64,000 bases of DNA from Octopus sinensis (GCF_006345805.1 NC_043019.1:7377360-7441359), one strand, 5' to 3'; counted from the first letter of the stretch, positions 1 to 12,142 are shown. Made by a program: numbers and translations. Notes: a model not told the origin generated them from the sequence alone.

Positions 1-213
1 CCTAAAACGCTGCTCTGCGATTATTTTGACATGTGATATGTGGGGCACCCATTCACCCGTACGGGCATTGCCGATTTGTTAGAGGGGGTGAGCTTATATA
101 AACACAAATATTTCATCACCATAATCAAGTCATCCGTGCAGTTGTTGATCAAGAACCTGCGGCGTCTTCATCAGTCGTTTAACGATGGGAGAGCCCATTA
201 TATTCCTTGATAT

Positions 214-630
214 GTTTCAGCCGAGGCTGTGGCCATGCGGGGGCAGTGCCAGTATAATCACCTTTTAATTGGTCAATTCTATGGGAGTGAGTTTTGGTGA
301 AGAAGAGAATTTGATAGCACTGCCCTCTTTTGCGTTTCCTGCCTTGCTGTTGGTTCATCTGGGATCTTGGGTAGCAACATGTTGAGTTGTTTTTTGAACA
401 CATCTACCTCAACTCCATGGAGATCTCTCAGATGATTTGGCAAGGCGTTAAATAGCTGTGGGTCCTTGAATGTCAATCTAGTGCGGTCCATAGTCTTCAC
501 TTTAGATGAGACTGCTGTGACTTTTGGAACTGTGCAATGATGTCTAATATGAGGTCTGGTATAACTCTGAATTCCAAAGTTTTGTGCCAGACCCACCACT
601 ATCTTCCACACATATATCACGGCATTTATA
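214..630 (-). mobile_element. 3' end of CR1/L2-type LINE (ORF2 C-terminus plus 3' UTR), 5'-truncated
   Basis: ORF 279..620(-) reads IYVWKIVVGL...FKDPQLFNALPNHLRDLHGVEVDVFKKQLNMLLPKIPDEP...RAVLSNSLLHQ, typical of the post-RT C-terminus of CR1/L2-group ORF2. It is followed by a 3' UTR GGCACTGCCCCCGCATGGCCACAGCCTCGGCTGAAAC. Confidence 0.8.
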
Positions 631-679
631 CGTAAAAAACATAATGAATTTATGTAGATTTGTTCGACTTACACCATCC

Positions 680-760
680 AAGGCGGTACTCCTACATCGC
701 CACTCTCACATAACTGAAACAAGTCAATGAATAAAAGAATAAAAGAATAAGAGAATAAAA
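680..760 (+). mobile_element. SINE family A 3' tail fragment with (ATAAAAGA)n tail
   Basis: AAGGCGGTACTCC...TAACTGAAACAAG followed by ATAAAAGAATAAAAGAATAAG; matches the 3' end of the full copies at 36037-36430 and 39517-39895. Confidence 0.7.
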
Positions 761-1475
761 CAATATACTTGTTCTAGAAGTTCGTTTCTATTTTAAACAA
801 TTGATTGTTGTGTGTTATATAAATGTCTATGTGCTGCAAACATTTCTCTTTTGGTGTAAATATTTCTCTTTGCTGCAAATATTTTTATGCCAAAAACTTG
901 TTTCTTGTGTCGACTTCTGCTTAAAGTTTTAAATGTCTTTTGTGCTCTGATCATTTAGTCTTATTCGTAACATATCCTTGTGTTTCAAACACTGTAATGT
1001 GCTTTAAACATTTATCTCTCTTCCAAACATGTTATAACATTTATTAACTTCAAAACACCGAAATCTATATTTATCTATGGTGCGAGTACTTACTAAATAG
1101 GAATTGTTCACATTTGATGGAATATTTTCAATATCATAGAGAAACCAATAAAAGAAAGTGATTACGTTGAAATGTACTGAGTTCCTAACATGGCGAAATT
1201 TTCACTCAATAATAACTGTATATACGAATTTGAAGAACTTGTTATAATTCAGTGCTTTCGTCAGTAAAATTACAGAAGCAAATTGAATTCAGATTGATAT
1301 ATATATATATATATTTATTGGAAAGTCGTCAACTAATTCATATATTCATCGCAGTGGTTCTAAGGACTTCCATTAATTTGGTTATGAATTTACCAATCTG
1401 CTCCTGTATAGAAGTTATATTACATTTTAGATATATGTATACGTGTGTATCATGCATGAAACTGTGTGTGTGTGT

Positions 1476-1520
<45 letters not shown>

Positions 1521-1559
1521 GTGTGTGTGTGTGCGTGTGTAAGTATGACTATAAGGTCG

Positions 1560-1830
1560 CAATTGGTCAAAAGCCAATCTAATACAAATTGAAATGAATG
1601 ATTGAAAACAAAAGTAATGTCGAAACAAGAGTTTGCACTTTGCTTTTATATTTCTGTATCTTTAGTCTAATGCGCTTTGGCTGGGAGAAAATGGAGGATG
1701 ATGAAGTCGAGCTGGCATCAATTACTTAGACATGTGTGATTGGCAGCGTTATGATATAACGCAGAATTGTATTGGTGCGATTACGAACCCAACCCGAGTA
1801 AATCACATTTGCTCTTGCTTCCCTTTGCTT
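1560..1830. promoter_or_regulatory. Candidate NF-Y (CCAAT-box) promoter region
   Basis: Four CCAAT/ATTGG motifs (1562, 1574, 1739, 1771). The last two share orientation and lie 32 bp apart. They sit at the start of a ~1.1 kb repeat-free, more GC/CpG-rich block. Confidence 0.3.
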
Positions 1831-2759
1831 TTGTTCCCTTTATGAATGAAGAGAACTGATTTGATCCTCGAACTGCTGACGTTGCGTTCTGTGCCTTAAC
1901 ACAAATTGAAAAGTCCTCGGTGCTCCAATTCTTTTGTTCTTTCCTCTTTTATCTCCGTCTTTGCATTCTTTGAAGCGGATAAGCGTCTTTCGGATGGAAG
2001 TATCCGCCAGACTTGCAGACGTCCCAGTGAGCTCATAAAAAATCTATTCATATACACGATGACGCAGTTACCCAATGCGCACATCTCCTAGATAACTATA
2101 GATTGATTTTCCAGATAGAAACTTTTCCAAACATGAAACAGAATCTATCGTCTATCACTTGTCTCCGGTTGCTTTGCATTGATCGCTCAGTGAATAGCAG
2201 CAATGGTTCTGTCATCGAATCGCACCATATATGGAAGTGTTGATTTTCCTTGGATATATATCGTTCTTTTTGCATTTTGTAAAACATGGCGGGTTGCCAT
2301 TGTTTATTAGAACCCGTTTGAGTCAATCTGTATTGACGGTTGCTGCTGCTGCAGCACTGCTCCGGTTGAGCATCCGGGAAATTTCGTTTCCTACGTAGGC
2401 AAATTTGCCTCTGGAGAGAAGGCACCACCCGCGGTGCCAATAATACCTTGATCGTTCCTATTTGTAGAATTTTGTGCAAATATTTTCCTTCTGTGTAATA
2501 TTTAGTTGGAAATCGTGTGGAGAGTAAAGGATCCGAGTGGTCAGTGTGTGTGTCTCAAACTTGATGACCGTCAACCTCGTCGGATTTATAGCATTTTGTG
2601 TCGGAATCATATTAAGAAGAAAATAGCATTAAGCTGTCAGACATCCATCTAGAGAAGAGGTGTCAGTGAAAAGAAGAGATAGATTTGATCACATCTGTAG
2701 ATTTGAGTCAAACTATGTCCTATACGTTCAGTCTGTGCATTTATTTCATAGTCTGTGTA

Positions 2760-2950
2760 TCGGTCACTTATGCCGAAGCACAAAGTCACGGTGACGTAAA
2801 CACTCCAACGTCGGTTGTCAATCGATGGTGGACTGGACAAACACAGACACACACATAAAGGCATACATATAAGACATAGGTGGATACATACATCCATACA
2901 CACACACACAAACACACTCGCACACACACACACACACACGCACACACACG

Positions 2951-3012
<62 letters not shown>
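2760..3012 (-). mobile_element. SINE family A internal fragment running into an expanded (CA)n/(TA)n microsatellite
   Basis: GACGTAAACACTCCAACGTCGGTTGTCAATCGATGGTGG...GGACAAACACAGACACAC matches the family A body, then long CA and TA runs follow. Confidence 0.65.
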
Positions 3013-3017
<5 letters not shown>

Positions 3018-3669
3018 CATGAATATGGGGTAAAATTGACTAACTTTAAACTGGAATTTGACGATTCCTTCGTATGATCAACAGCAGAAAAAGCTGTGAC
3101 AAATCGTGATACAGAAGACAAAGGGGAAACATGAAGAAATGGAAGATAACTGTGGGAAGTGTAAGCGTGATTTAGCAGTAAGATGGAGAAGTAATCAAAA
3201 TTTAATGAAAAATATAAATGGTGATTAAATAAAATTCAGATAATTGTGACAAAATTTTGCAAAACAAATTTCGCCTAACCCAGTTATGTAAGTCACAGAA
3301 ATACAAAAGTTATAAAAGGAAGGATATAAAAGAATAAAGGATTGGGAAAAAAACCAAAAGATTAATGTCGTAATCATGAACGCATGATTTCCCTGTTAAC
3401 ATCGACAGGCATAAGAATCAGGGAAGGAAAATAAAATTTAATACGCTCAATTTTTCTTTATATTCGACATTTTTCGTTTACACCTTGATATAAAAAAATG
3501 TGTGTACTTGTGCGCGTCGGATGCATATATAGTTACACAAATATATGTGCAAATATATAGATATATGTATGTATATGTGTGTATATATATGTATGTGTGT
3601 GTATATATATATATAAGTATATATATATGTGTATACATATATTACATATATGATATATATATATATATC

Positions 3670-3900
3670 AAGGCGGCGAGCTGGCAGAGCCGTTAGCACG
3701 CCGGGCGAAATGCGTAGCCGTATTTCGCCTGCTGTTACGTTCTGAGTTCAAATTCTGCCGAGGTCGACTTTGCCTTTCATTCTTTCGGAGTCGATAAATA
3801 AAATATCAGTTACGCACTGGGGTCGATGTAATCGACTTAATCCCTTTGCCTGTCTTTGTTTGTCCCCTCTATGTTTAGCCCCTTGTGGGCAATAAATAAA
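3670..3900 (+). mobile_element. tRNA-derived SINE family C monomer (tail type A)
   Basis: Head GGCGGCGAGCTGGCAGAGCCGTTAGCACGCCGGGCG, B-box-like GTTCTGAGTTCAAATTC, central GCCTTTCATTCTTTCGGAGTCGATAAATAAAATATCAG and tail CCCCTTGTGGGCAATAAATAAA; more than 10 related copies in the window. Confidence 0.9.
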
Positions 3901-4490
3901 TATATATGATATATATATATTATATCTGTAATGTATGTATATATATATATGTATTTACATATATAAATACATGTATATGTGTATATATATATACATATAC
4001 AGGAAGCGAGAGAGAGAGAGAGAGATGTGCATGTGTATATATAAACATGTACAACTATTTGTTTTTAAGTGTGTGTATATATACACTTGTATATACACAG
4101 TTATCCTTATATGTAATATATATATATATATGTAGATGTAGATGTATATATATATGTATATCTATCTATCTAGTCTCTGCGGGACTATATTTACCCAATA
4201 TGATTTTTGACATTAACAACGTGGCCGAGATGGGCGATTAGATGTGATGTATACGCGGGAAATTTTTGTATATATTGGTATCTGTACGCAAAATTTTATC
4301 GGTATGTATATGTATTATATATTATTGGTTTATCTCTACTGGGGAGTGCAAAGTATTCTTTATTACAGAGCAAAAATTCTTAAGACAGGATTATCCAAAA
4401 TTTATAAATATTCTTGGTCATTACCTCACATTGGGCATTGGGTTATAAATAAAGGACAAATTTAGAGTGGATTGTAGGTATTTAACATTC

Positions 4491-4585
4491 CAGCACCTGA
4501 TGAAGCCACATTATATTTAAAATTGTATTTTATTATTCTTGAAAAACGGGTTTTCATTAATGGCGTTGAAACAGCTGTAATTTAC
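4491..4585 (+). ncRNA. Degenerate Penelope-type minimal hammerhead motif
   Basis: CTGATGA (4497-4503), long stem II closed by AGCCA/TGGC, then GAAAC-AGCT-GTA (4568-4579). No convincing stem I. Confidence 0.45.
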
Positions 4586-4691
4586 GAGATGTGACGTTTG
4601 TATAACATACTAAATTGGATTGAATTTATTATTTAATGATTAAATTATTTAATTGCTCAATATATTGTTTTGGACCCCATTTCTAATTTTG

Positions 4692-4755
<64 letters not shown>

Positions 4756-6418
4756 ATATATACAGATAGATAGATAGATAGATTGTGAAACAGAGAGGTT
4801 GGAAGAGAATTAATGAGAGACAAATATAATTCGATTGAGATATATACACGATCTTTACTTGTGTGAATGTATACATATGTACGTCTGCGTGTTTGTACGC
4901 ATGTTGTTAGTTTAGTTTACAACGAAACGGGCTCAAACGAAGAATTCTATCTCAGACATGCCAAAATTCACCTCTCTGGCTATTTTCTACACAAGGACTA
5001 TTTAAAACTTGCAGTTATGAACTAAAGTCTATGCGGAAGAATAGTTGCTTGCTATTTCTAGATCGTTGAATAACACTCATAACAGTTGTTTCGACTTATT
5101 TCCACCTCTTCGAGAACTTCATGTTAAATGTGTATAACATTCATCTTATATCCTCATTTTATTGCTTAATTTGAGAAAATAAAGTCAAAATTTAAGCCCT
5201 TTTTCTATTTAAAAGAGGTTTTCTGTTATCTGTGAATGTGTTTCGATTTTAACAATTCGATTTTAACAATTCTTTAGTTCGCATCAGAACTGTACTGGGA
5301 ATTATATTCAGAAAGATGATATACATTTGCATGAAGAGTGTAAAATCCAAAATTCCTTCATCCGTTTTAGTTATACGCTGTCACAGATTTGAATTCAAAT
5401 GGTAAATGTAAAATAAATGTTGAAAGTTAAAAGTAATACTTATTTTTCTTGCCCTAAAAGACTCTGCAACTGTACCGATTCTTCAAATTCTTGATTCCTT
5501 CCTCTCCTTTTTTTTTTTTTTTTTTTCTCTTATCGGAAACTTCGTTTTGCCATTTTATGATAAAAGCATTTTCTGATTCCGCTTTAGGAAGACTTACCTT
5601 CTCCGCATATTCTTCCGTCATTCGAAAATACGAGTTAATCGTTTCTGATCGATATGGCGGCGAATATTTCGCTTATAAAAACATGATTTAGATCGGGGCT
5701 GAATTTTCTTTCTGTCAATCCGATTAATACTTTCTTTACTCAATGCTTGTACGAAACAGAGTTTCCGGCTCTCCTTTTGTTTTTCTTTCTTTAACTTTCT
5801 GTTAAACATACTTAAGTGAAAAGTCATTTTCGATATATTATTTTCATTGCATAAGTTTGAATAAAATTTTAAAAAATAAATGTAAATGACATTGAGTTAC
5901 ACAGTTAATATCTCTTAAGGAAATCTCATATCACAAAATCCAGCTTGAATTATCGGAGGACAAGATATTCACCTGTCACTTACATTTACTGTTTTGTCTT
6001 CTACACTAATATACCGTAAGCAGAAGACCAGAGGCTCTTACCTGAATTCGTTTCCTGTTTCTGTGTCAATTAAAGACATACATACTTAAATACATGCACA
6101 CGCACACAAACACTCTCACACACACACACATATGTATTTGTATGTATATGGCTTGGTGGTTTGGATTCCAGTTCAGGAGCCTAACGTCGTGGGTTCGATT
6201 TCCGGCTGCGCATTCGTGACACTATATTTCATGTTCCCCCAGTCTGTTCTTTTGGCAAAGATGAACTGTACTTGTATTTCAAGAGTTCAGTCTTGTCACA
6301 ATCCTAGTCAGGCTGAATAAAGCAAGCTGGCAGAAACGCTAGCACGCCGGGCGAAAGCGTTGATAATTTGCTTAGAATGAAACCAATGGTAGCCTTGACC
6401 CATAAATAAAGTATATTG

Positions 6419-6482
<64 letters not shown>

Positions 6483-6570
6483 TATAAAATATATATATAT
6501 ATATATGTGTGTGGTGTGTGTAGTGTATGTATAAGAATGTGTATATAGGTATATAGCTATACATAAGCAA

Positions 6571-7231
6571 TTTTAACAGAATGAGATAAAAATCCAAGGC
6601 TCTTTTACTCTTTTACCCTTTTACTTGTTTCAGTCATTTGACTGCGGTCATGCTAGATTTTAGAACATTTCTAAAGAGAATGTCTTACAGCTGTTTCCGG
6701 GATATTTTATATATTCCTTCAACGGAGATGATGTCAGAAAACAGTTAAGCAATAGTTATTCGAGATAAGATATGAAATAGAGAGTGAAGTGGAGGAATGA
6801 AAATAGACGTGAGATATGCAGAGATATTGTATACATATAAAATTTCTCTACTTTATATGGTATACATATAAGATTCCTGTACGTTGTGAGTAAGTTCCAA
6901 TAGTATTTAGAATTGGTCGTTTAAAAATCTGTGTTTGGAATGACCAATTTTAAATGCTATTGGAATTTACTCACAATCATCTTATATGTATACCGTTCTG
7001 CCTAAATAATTAAACTGCAGATATAATATCCCTGCATTTCTCAGGTCTATTTTCATTCCTCCACTTCACACTATATTTCATATGTTATCTAGAAGAACCA
7101 TTGCTTAACCATTTTCTCACACCGTCCCCGATGAAGGGATATATAAAATATCCCTGAAACAGCTGTAAGATATCTTTATAAATGTTCTGAAATCTTTTAC
7201 AGCCTTGGATTTTTATCTCATTCTGTTAAAA
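6571..7231. mobile_element. ~660-bp fold-back element made of two inverted arms, each carrying a mutated minimal hammerhead (Penelope pLTR-like)
   Basis: TTTTAACAGAATGAGATAAAAATCCAAGGC (6571-6600) is the exact reverse complement of 7202-7231, and the arms stay complementary toward the centre near 6935. ORFs 6304..6597(-) and 7205..7573(+) both begin MDFYLILLKL. A SINE A tail fragment (about 6601-6656) interrupts the left arm. Confidence 0.8.
7124..7172 (+). ncRNA. Minimal type I hammerhead motif (U4->C variant) in the right arm of the fold-back
   Basis: GTCC-CCGATGA-AGGGATAT[ATAAA]ATATCCCT-GAAAC-AGCT-GTA-AGAT: perfect 8-bp stem II, palindromic ACAGCTGT stem III and a GUA site. A mirror copy lies on the - strand at about 6683-6730. 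Confidence 0.65.
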
Positions 7232-7904
7232 CTTTTTATATATACGCATGCTGATATAAGACATACGTTGTACTCCTCATTCGCATTATCACCGAACCTG
7301 GAGCTTAGATATGGTCTGTCCATAGCACTTACTCAGCATTACCTGACACCTTTGGGTCTTCTTGATACCATTACCTCTCATAACCTCAGTTTCTCTCCAT
7401 ATATGTTTATTAATATATGTATATTATGTATTATGTTTTATGTTTTCCAGTTTCAGCTCTTGAGCTGTGGCCATGCTGGGGCACCGCCATTTAATCATAG
7501 CGTTCCCATGCCGGGTGAAAGCCAGGAATCCTGTATGTATAATTTATATATACAAACATACCTACATCCATAAATATATATCTATATACACACATACACA
7601 CATACAAATACACATTTATGTATGTGTGTATGTATGCATATGTATATATAAAAGCATGTATGTGTGTTCAAAAATCTGTACGCATATATCTATTTCTACG
7701 CGCAAACGTGTTGCCATATGTGTATATTCGTGATCCGTGCTTCCGGATGTTCCTGCATGCATACCGGTTTAATTGTCAAAGATGATTTATGTAATTCGAA
7801 AATGCACCGATCACTTCTTCTCTTTCTCTTCCCCTCCTTCTTTCCCTCCTCTTCCTTCTTCTCTGTCTCCTTCTCTGCTTCCCCCTCCGTCACATTTCCT
7901 TCCC

Positions 7905-7970
7905 ATTCTTCTTCTTCTTCTTCTTCGTCTTCTTCTTCTTCTTCTTCATCGTCTTCTTCTTCTCTTCTTC

Positions 7971-8009
<39 letters not shown>

Positions 8010-8050
8010 TATTATTATTATTATTATTATCATTATTATTATTATTATAT
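7905..8050. repeat. (TTC)n then (TTA)n trinucleotide microsatellites
   Basis: Directly visible; explains the poly-S/E and poly-I/L/Y ORFs. Confidence 0.95.
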
Positions 8051-8450
8051 GAAATCTCAGAGCTTAATTTGCTGGGTACGATGGAAAGAGTCACACTAAC
8101 GTGACGCTAGTTTACTGGTGATGCTTCAAGAATCCTGCGAAGAATTCTTGCATTTCCAAGCAATTCTGATTTTTGTAAGTGTTCTACCTTGATACTTGCA
8201 CCGATCTTTTTCAGACATGTTGGTAGTTGACTACTGATACTTCCAAGTATACCAATTACTTGTTCCTCAGGTGCGTATATGAGTGCATCTGTCTCTATCT
8301 GCAGGTCACTCTTCCTTATCCATAGCCAACATTCTTCTTTATCTGTCTTAGCGTTCATATCTCTAGCAAACTCACCGTACGTTATCGTTTTCTTACATGC
8401 TTTCCCTTTTTTTTTCTTTGTTCATATCTTGTTTAAATTTTTCTTTCGTT
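8051..8450 (-). mobile_element. Dong/R4-clade (RLE) non-LTR retrotransposon 3' relic with internal deletion
   Basis: Translation YGEFARDMNAKTDKEECWLWIRKSDLQIETDALIYAPEEQ|VIGILGSISSQL...KIGASIKVEHLQKSELLGNARILRRILEA matches the post-RT and extreme C-terminal motifs of R4/Dong ORFs. The element is flanked on both sides by (TAA)n arrays. Confidence 0.8.
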
Positions 8451-8499
8451 ACACTATTTTCAGTGTTGATGAGGGCGGCTATTATCATTATTACTGTTA

Positions 8500-8538
<39 letters not shown>

Positions 8539-9108
8539 TATTATTATTATTATATTATTATTATTATTGCTATTGTTATTGCTATAACAATTTTTGTTTG
8601 CATTCATCAACATCATTAATATGATCTAAAAAAATCCCTATACTCATTTAATTTGCTATTACCCGCGGTTATGTTGAGGAAAACACAAAATCCAATATAT
8701 ATTTATTTATCATATATATATATACATATATATACATATATATATGTTTATGTACATATATACATACACACACATATATACGTATACATATATATATATA
8801 TATACATATATATAAACATATATGTATATATATGCATGTATGTATATAGCTATATCAGATAAAGCCTTCCACGGTCTTATAGTAACCAATGTTTCAATTT
8901 TATTTTATTTTCTATTCCTTACATTCAACTCATTATCCAGAATGTATAACCCAGCAATACATCTTAGGTAAAAGCAGAGATGTTTCTTGAGAGTAACATT
9001 ATGTTCAACACGTTTCTTTCGTTATATATAGTCTTGCCTTCAGGTTGGCAACCATGTCAAATTATATCATGAGTGCGCGGGCGTCATGCCATGCCAAAAT
9101 CACAAAAC

Positions 9109-9146
<38 letters not shown>

Positions 9147-9754
9147 CATATATATATTTATACATATATACATATACATATATATATATTTATACATATA
9201 TACATACATATACATATATATATACATACATATATATATATAATATATATGCATATTATAAATATATAGATATAGATATATGCATACATATATATATAAA
9301 TATACATACATATATATACATACAAATACATATATATATATATGTGTATATATATATATATATATACATACATATATATATATATATATAAATATATATA
9401 CATATACAAATGTATCTGTATACATTCATACATACGTACACGTATATGCATATAAACGACAACATACACCAGCTTTCCCTCCCCCTCCAAAAAAACACGA
9501 TTTTCCAGGCGATGTACATAATATATATTGACTTTTTGATCTGTCATGCCATTAAGTCTGAAAGTGGATTATTAGATTCGAAGAAATAAGGCAAACAACA
9601 TAACGAAACTTGGAGCAGGAAAATTGAATTGTTAGATGGAAATGATGCCTGCGTTATATACTTTTTTTTAAAAAAATAAAACACACTATCTGTGTATTAA
9701 TGAGAAGTCACAACAGCTATGGCATATGTAGACGTATATTTGAATGCCTGAGTA

Positions 9755-10130
9755 CGTACATACATACATGCATACAAACATACATACATACATACATACA
9801 TACATACATACATACATACATACATACATACACACATACGTACATACATACATACATACATACACACATACGTACATACATACATACATACACACATACA
9901 TACACACATACATACATACATACATACATACATACATACATACATACATGCATACATACATACGTACATACATACATACATACATACATACATACATACA
10001 TACATACAAACATACATTCATATATACATACATACATACATACATACATACATACATACATACATACATACATGCATACATACATACATACATACATACA
10101 TACATACATACATACATACATACATACGTA
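9755..10130. repeat. (TACA)n tetranucleotide microsatellite, about 370 bp
   Basis: Directly visible; source of the MYVC/HTYI ORFs. Confidence 0.97.
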
Positions 10131-10444
10131 TTTACTAACGTTAATATTGATATACACAAAATATAGACAATCTCGAATTTAAATATACACATTTGTAGAC
10201 ATATGTATGTATGTATGTATGTATGTATTATGCGCGTGTAGATATATCTAGATTTATGTATATATAACATACACACTTTCTCATATATATACATGTTTGT
10301 GCGTGTTTGCGGAAGGTAAATGTACTCAATATAAAACGGTAGAGGAGGTGTATTGCAACGGAAGTGTATTTAATTCCTTCGTCGAAACTAAAAGGATCAC
10401 GTGCCGGTGCTCATACAACGAATGGCGGTGTTACAATACATATA

Positions 10445-10667
10445 CATTAATCCCTCACCATATCGCGGTTCACCTATCGCGGTTTCTTATTTAAGCTTAC
10501 CTGGATTCCTCCCTGGTGTTGTTTTGCATTTATAATAAAATGAATATATCCATTTGTAAAAATATTTTTTTTTAAACTATACAGTACAGTACTGTTTCTA
10601 CTTTGCGGATTTTCCCCTATCCCGGTGGGGTTTAGAACGTTACACTCGCGATATTCGGGGGATTGTG
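10445..10667. mobile_element. Tigger/pogo-like MITE, degenerate
   Basis: Left end AATCCCTCACCATATCGCGGTTCACCTATCGCGG and right end CTCGCGATATTCGGGGGATTG are imperfect inverted termini. The subterminal TTTGCGGATTTTCCCCTATC...AGAACGT resembles Tigger-like ends. Confidence 0.6.
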
Positions 10668-11047
10668 GAAGCACTCCGTCGGTCACGACGACGAGGGTTC
10701 CGGTTGATCCGATCAACGGAACAGCCTGCTCGTGAAATTAACGTGTAAGTGGCTGAGCACTCCACAGACACGTGTACCCTTAACGTAGTTCTCGGGGATA
10801 TTCAGCGTGACACAGAGAGTGACAAGGCCGGCCCTTTGAAATACAGGGACAACAGAAACAGGAAGTAAGAGTGAGAGAAAGTTGTGGTGAAAGAGTATAG
10901 CAGGGATCACCACCATCCCTGTCGGAGCCTCGTGGAGCTTTAGGTGTTTTCGCTCAATAAACACTCACAACGCCCGGTCTGGGAATCGAAACCGCGATCC
11001 TACGACCGCGAGTCCGCTGCCCTAACCACTGGGCCATTGCACCTCCA
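10668..11047 (-). mobile_element. tRNA-derived SINE family B, near full length
   Basis: Minus-strand head GGAGGTGCAATGGCCCAGTGGTTAGGGCAGCGGACTCGCGGTCGTAGGATCGCGGTTTCGATTCCCAGACCGGG carries A- and B-box-like motifs. A diverged partial copy lies at about 15195-15450. Confidence 0.85.
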
Positions 11048-11549
11048 ATTCGAGGGATTACTATATATACATAAATACATTCGTGCATGAATATGCGTTT
11101 GTGTGTGTATGTATACATATATATGCGTATGTGTGAGTGTTTATGTATGCATATATGTAGATATAGGTATATAGGCATCTCTCAGATTATATGTACACGC
11201 ACACAAAACACATATATTATGTGTGTGCGTAGACAGCGAAAGGAATGCATTAACCGTTGAGGTGGAACGTACTCTATGGTTGACTTTTGCGTACCAAGTA
11301 GCTTAGGCCTTTGGAAAGACGCCAAAGCCATTGACTTTCGAACAGATAAATTTTATTTTCTTAAACGGGGTCAAGAGAGAAAGCTCTGATAATTTACGAA
11401 TCTCCCTATTGAACCTACACTGGAAATGTTTTCCGAATTTGACGCAGCATAACTGATCGAATTTGCACTGAACGACACTCCTTCGAGAAACAGTGGAAAC
11501 ATTGCTTTTAGGTGTCGATAGAGACAATTAGGGACTGCGTACCGTGGAA

Positions 11550-11758
11550 CACGCTCTAGGCATGATGCTCGAAATTTTATGGCAGAGGGCAAATTGATAG
11601 GATTGACTCCAGTATGCAACTGGTATTTAAATTTTCGACCCCGAAAGGATGAAAGGCGAAGTCGACCTGGGCAGAGTTTGAACTCAGAAGGTAAAGACGG
11701 ACAAAACGCCACTAAGCATTTCACCCTGCATGCTAACGAGTCTGCCAGCTCACCGCCT
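11550..11758 (-). mobile_element. SINE family C monomer (tail type B)
   Basis: Full head plus central domain and tail ending ...GCCTAGAG. Confidence 0.8.
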
Positions 11759-11764
11759 GATTAT

Positions 11765-12142
11765 ATTATTTTTTTACTCTGGGCACAAGGCGCGAAATTT
11801 TGGGAGAGGGGGGACCAGTCAATTAGATCGATTCCAGTACGAAACTAGTATTTAGTTTTTCGACCCGGAAAGGATGAAATGCTACGTCGACCTCGGAGGA
11901 ATTTGAACTCAGAACGTAAAGACAGCCGAAATACCTATTTCTTTACTACCCACAAGGGGCTAAACACAAAGATGACAAACGAGGACAGACAAACGGATTG
12001 AGTCGATTACATCGACCCCAGTCCGTAACTGGTGCTTACTTAATCGATGCCGAAAGGATAGAAGGTAAAGTCGACCCCGGCAGAATTTGAACTCAGAACA
12101 TTTCGCCCGGCGTGCTAACGATTCTACCATCTCGCTTCCTTA
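11765..12142 (-). mobile_element. SINE family C dimer
   Basis: Monomer with tail A fused to an A-box-less monomer with tail B; junction GAAATACCTATTTCTTTACTACCCACAAGGGG at 11928-11959. Confidence 0.8.

Noticed and set aside
2096-2479. 127-aa minus-strand ORF in the GC-rich block
   Set aside because: It starts at a non-ATG codon, has no recognisable motif, and neighbouring frames are closed; no splice support.
5326-5334. Octamer ATTTGCAT (several copies in the window)
   Set aside because: A few copies are expected by chance in AT-rich 64 kb, and no snRNA or PSE context is evident.
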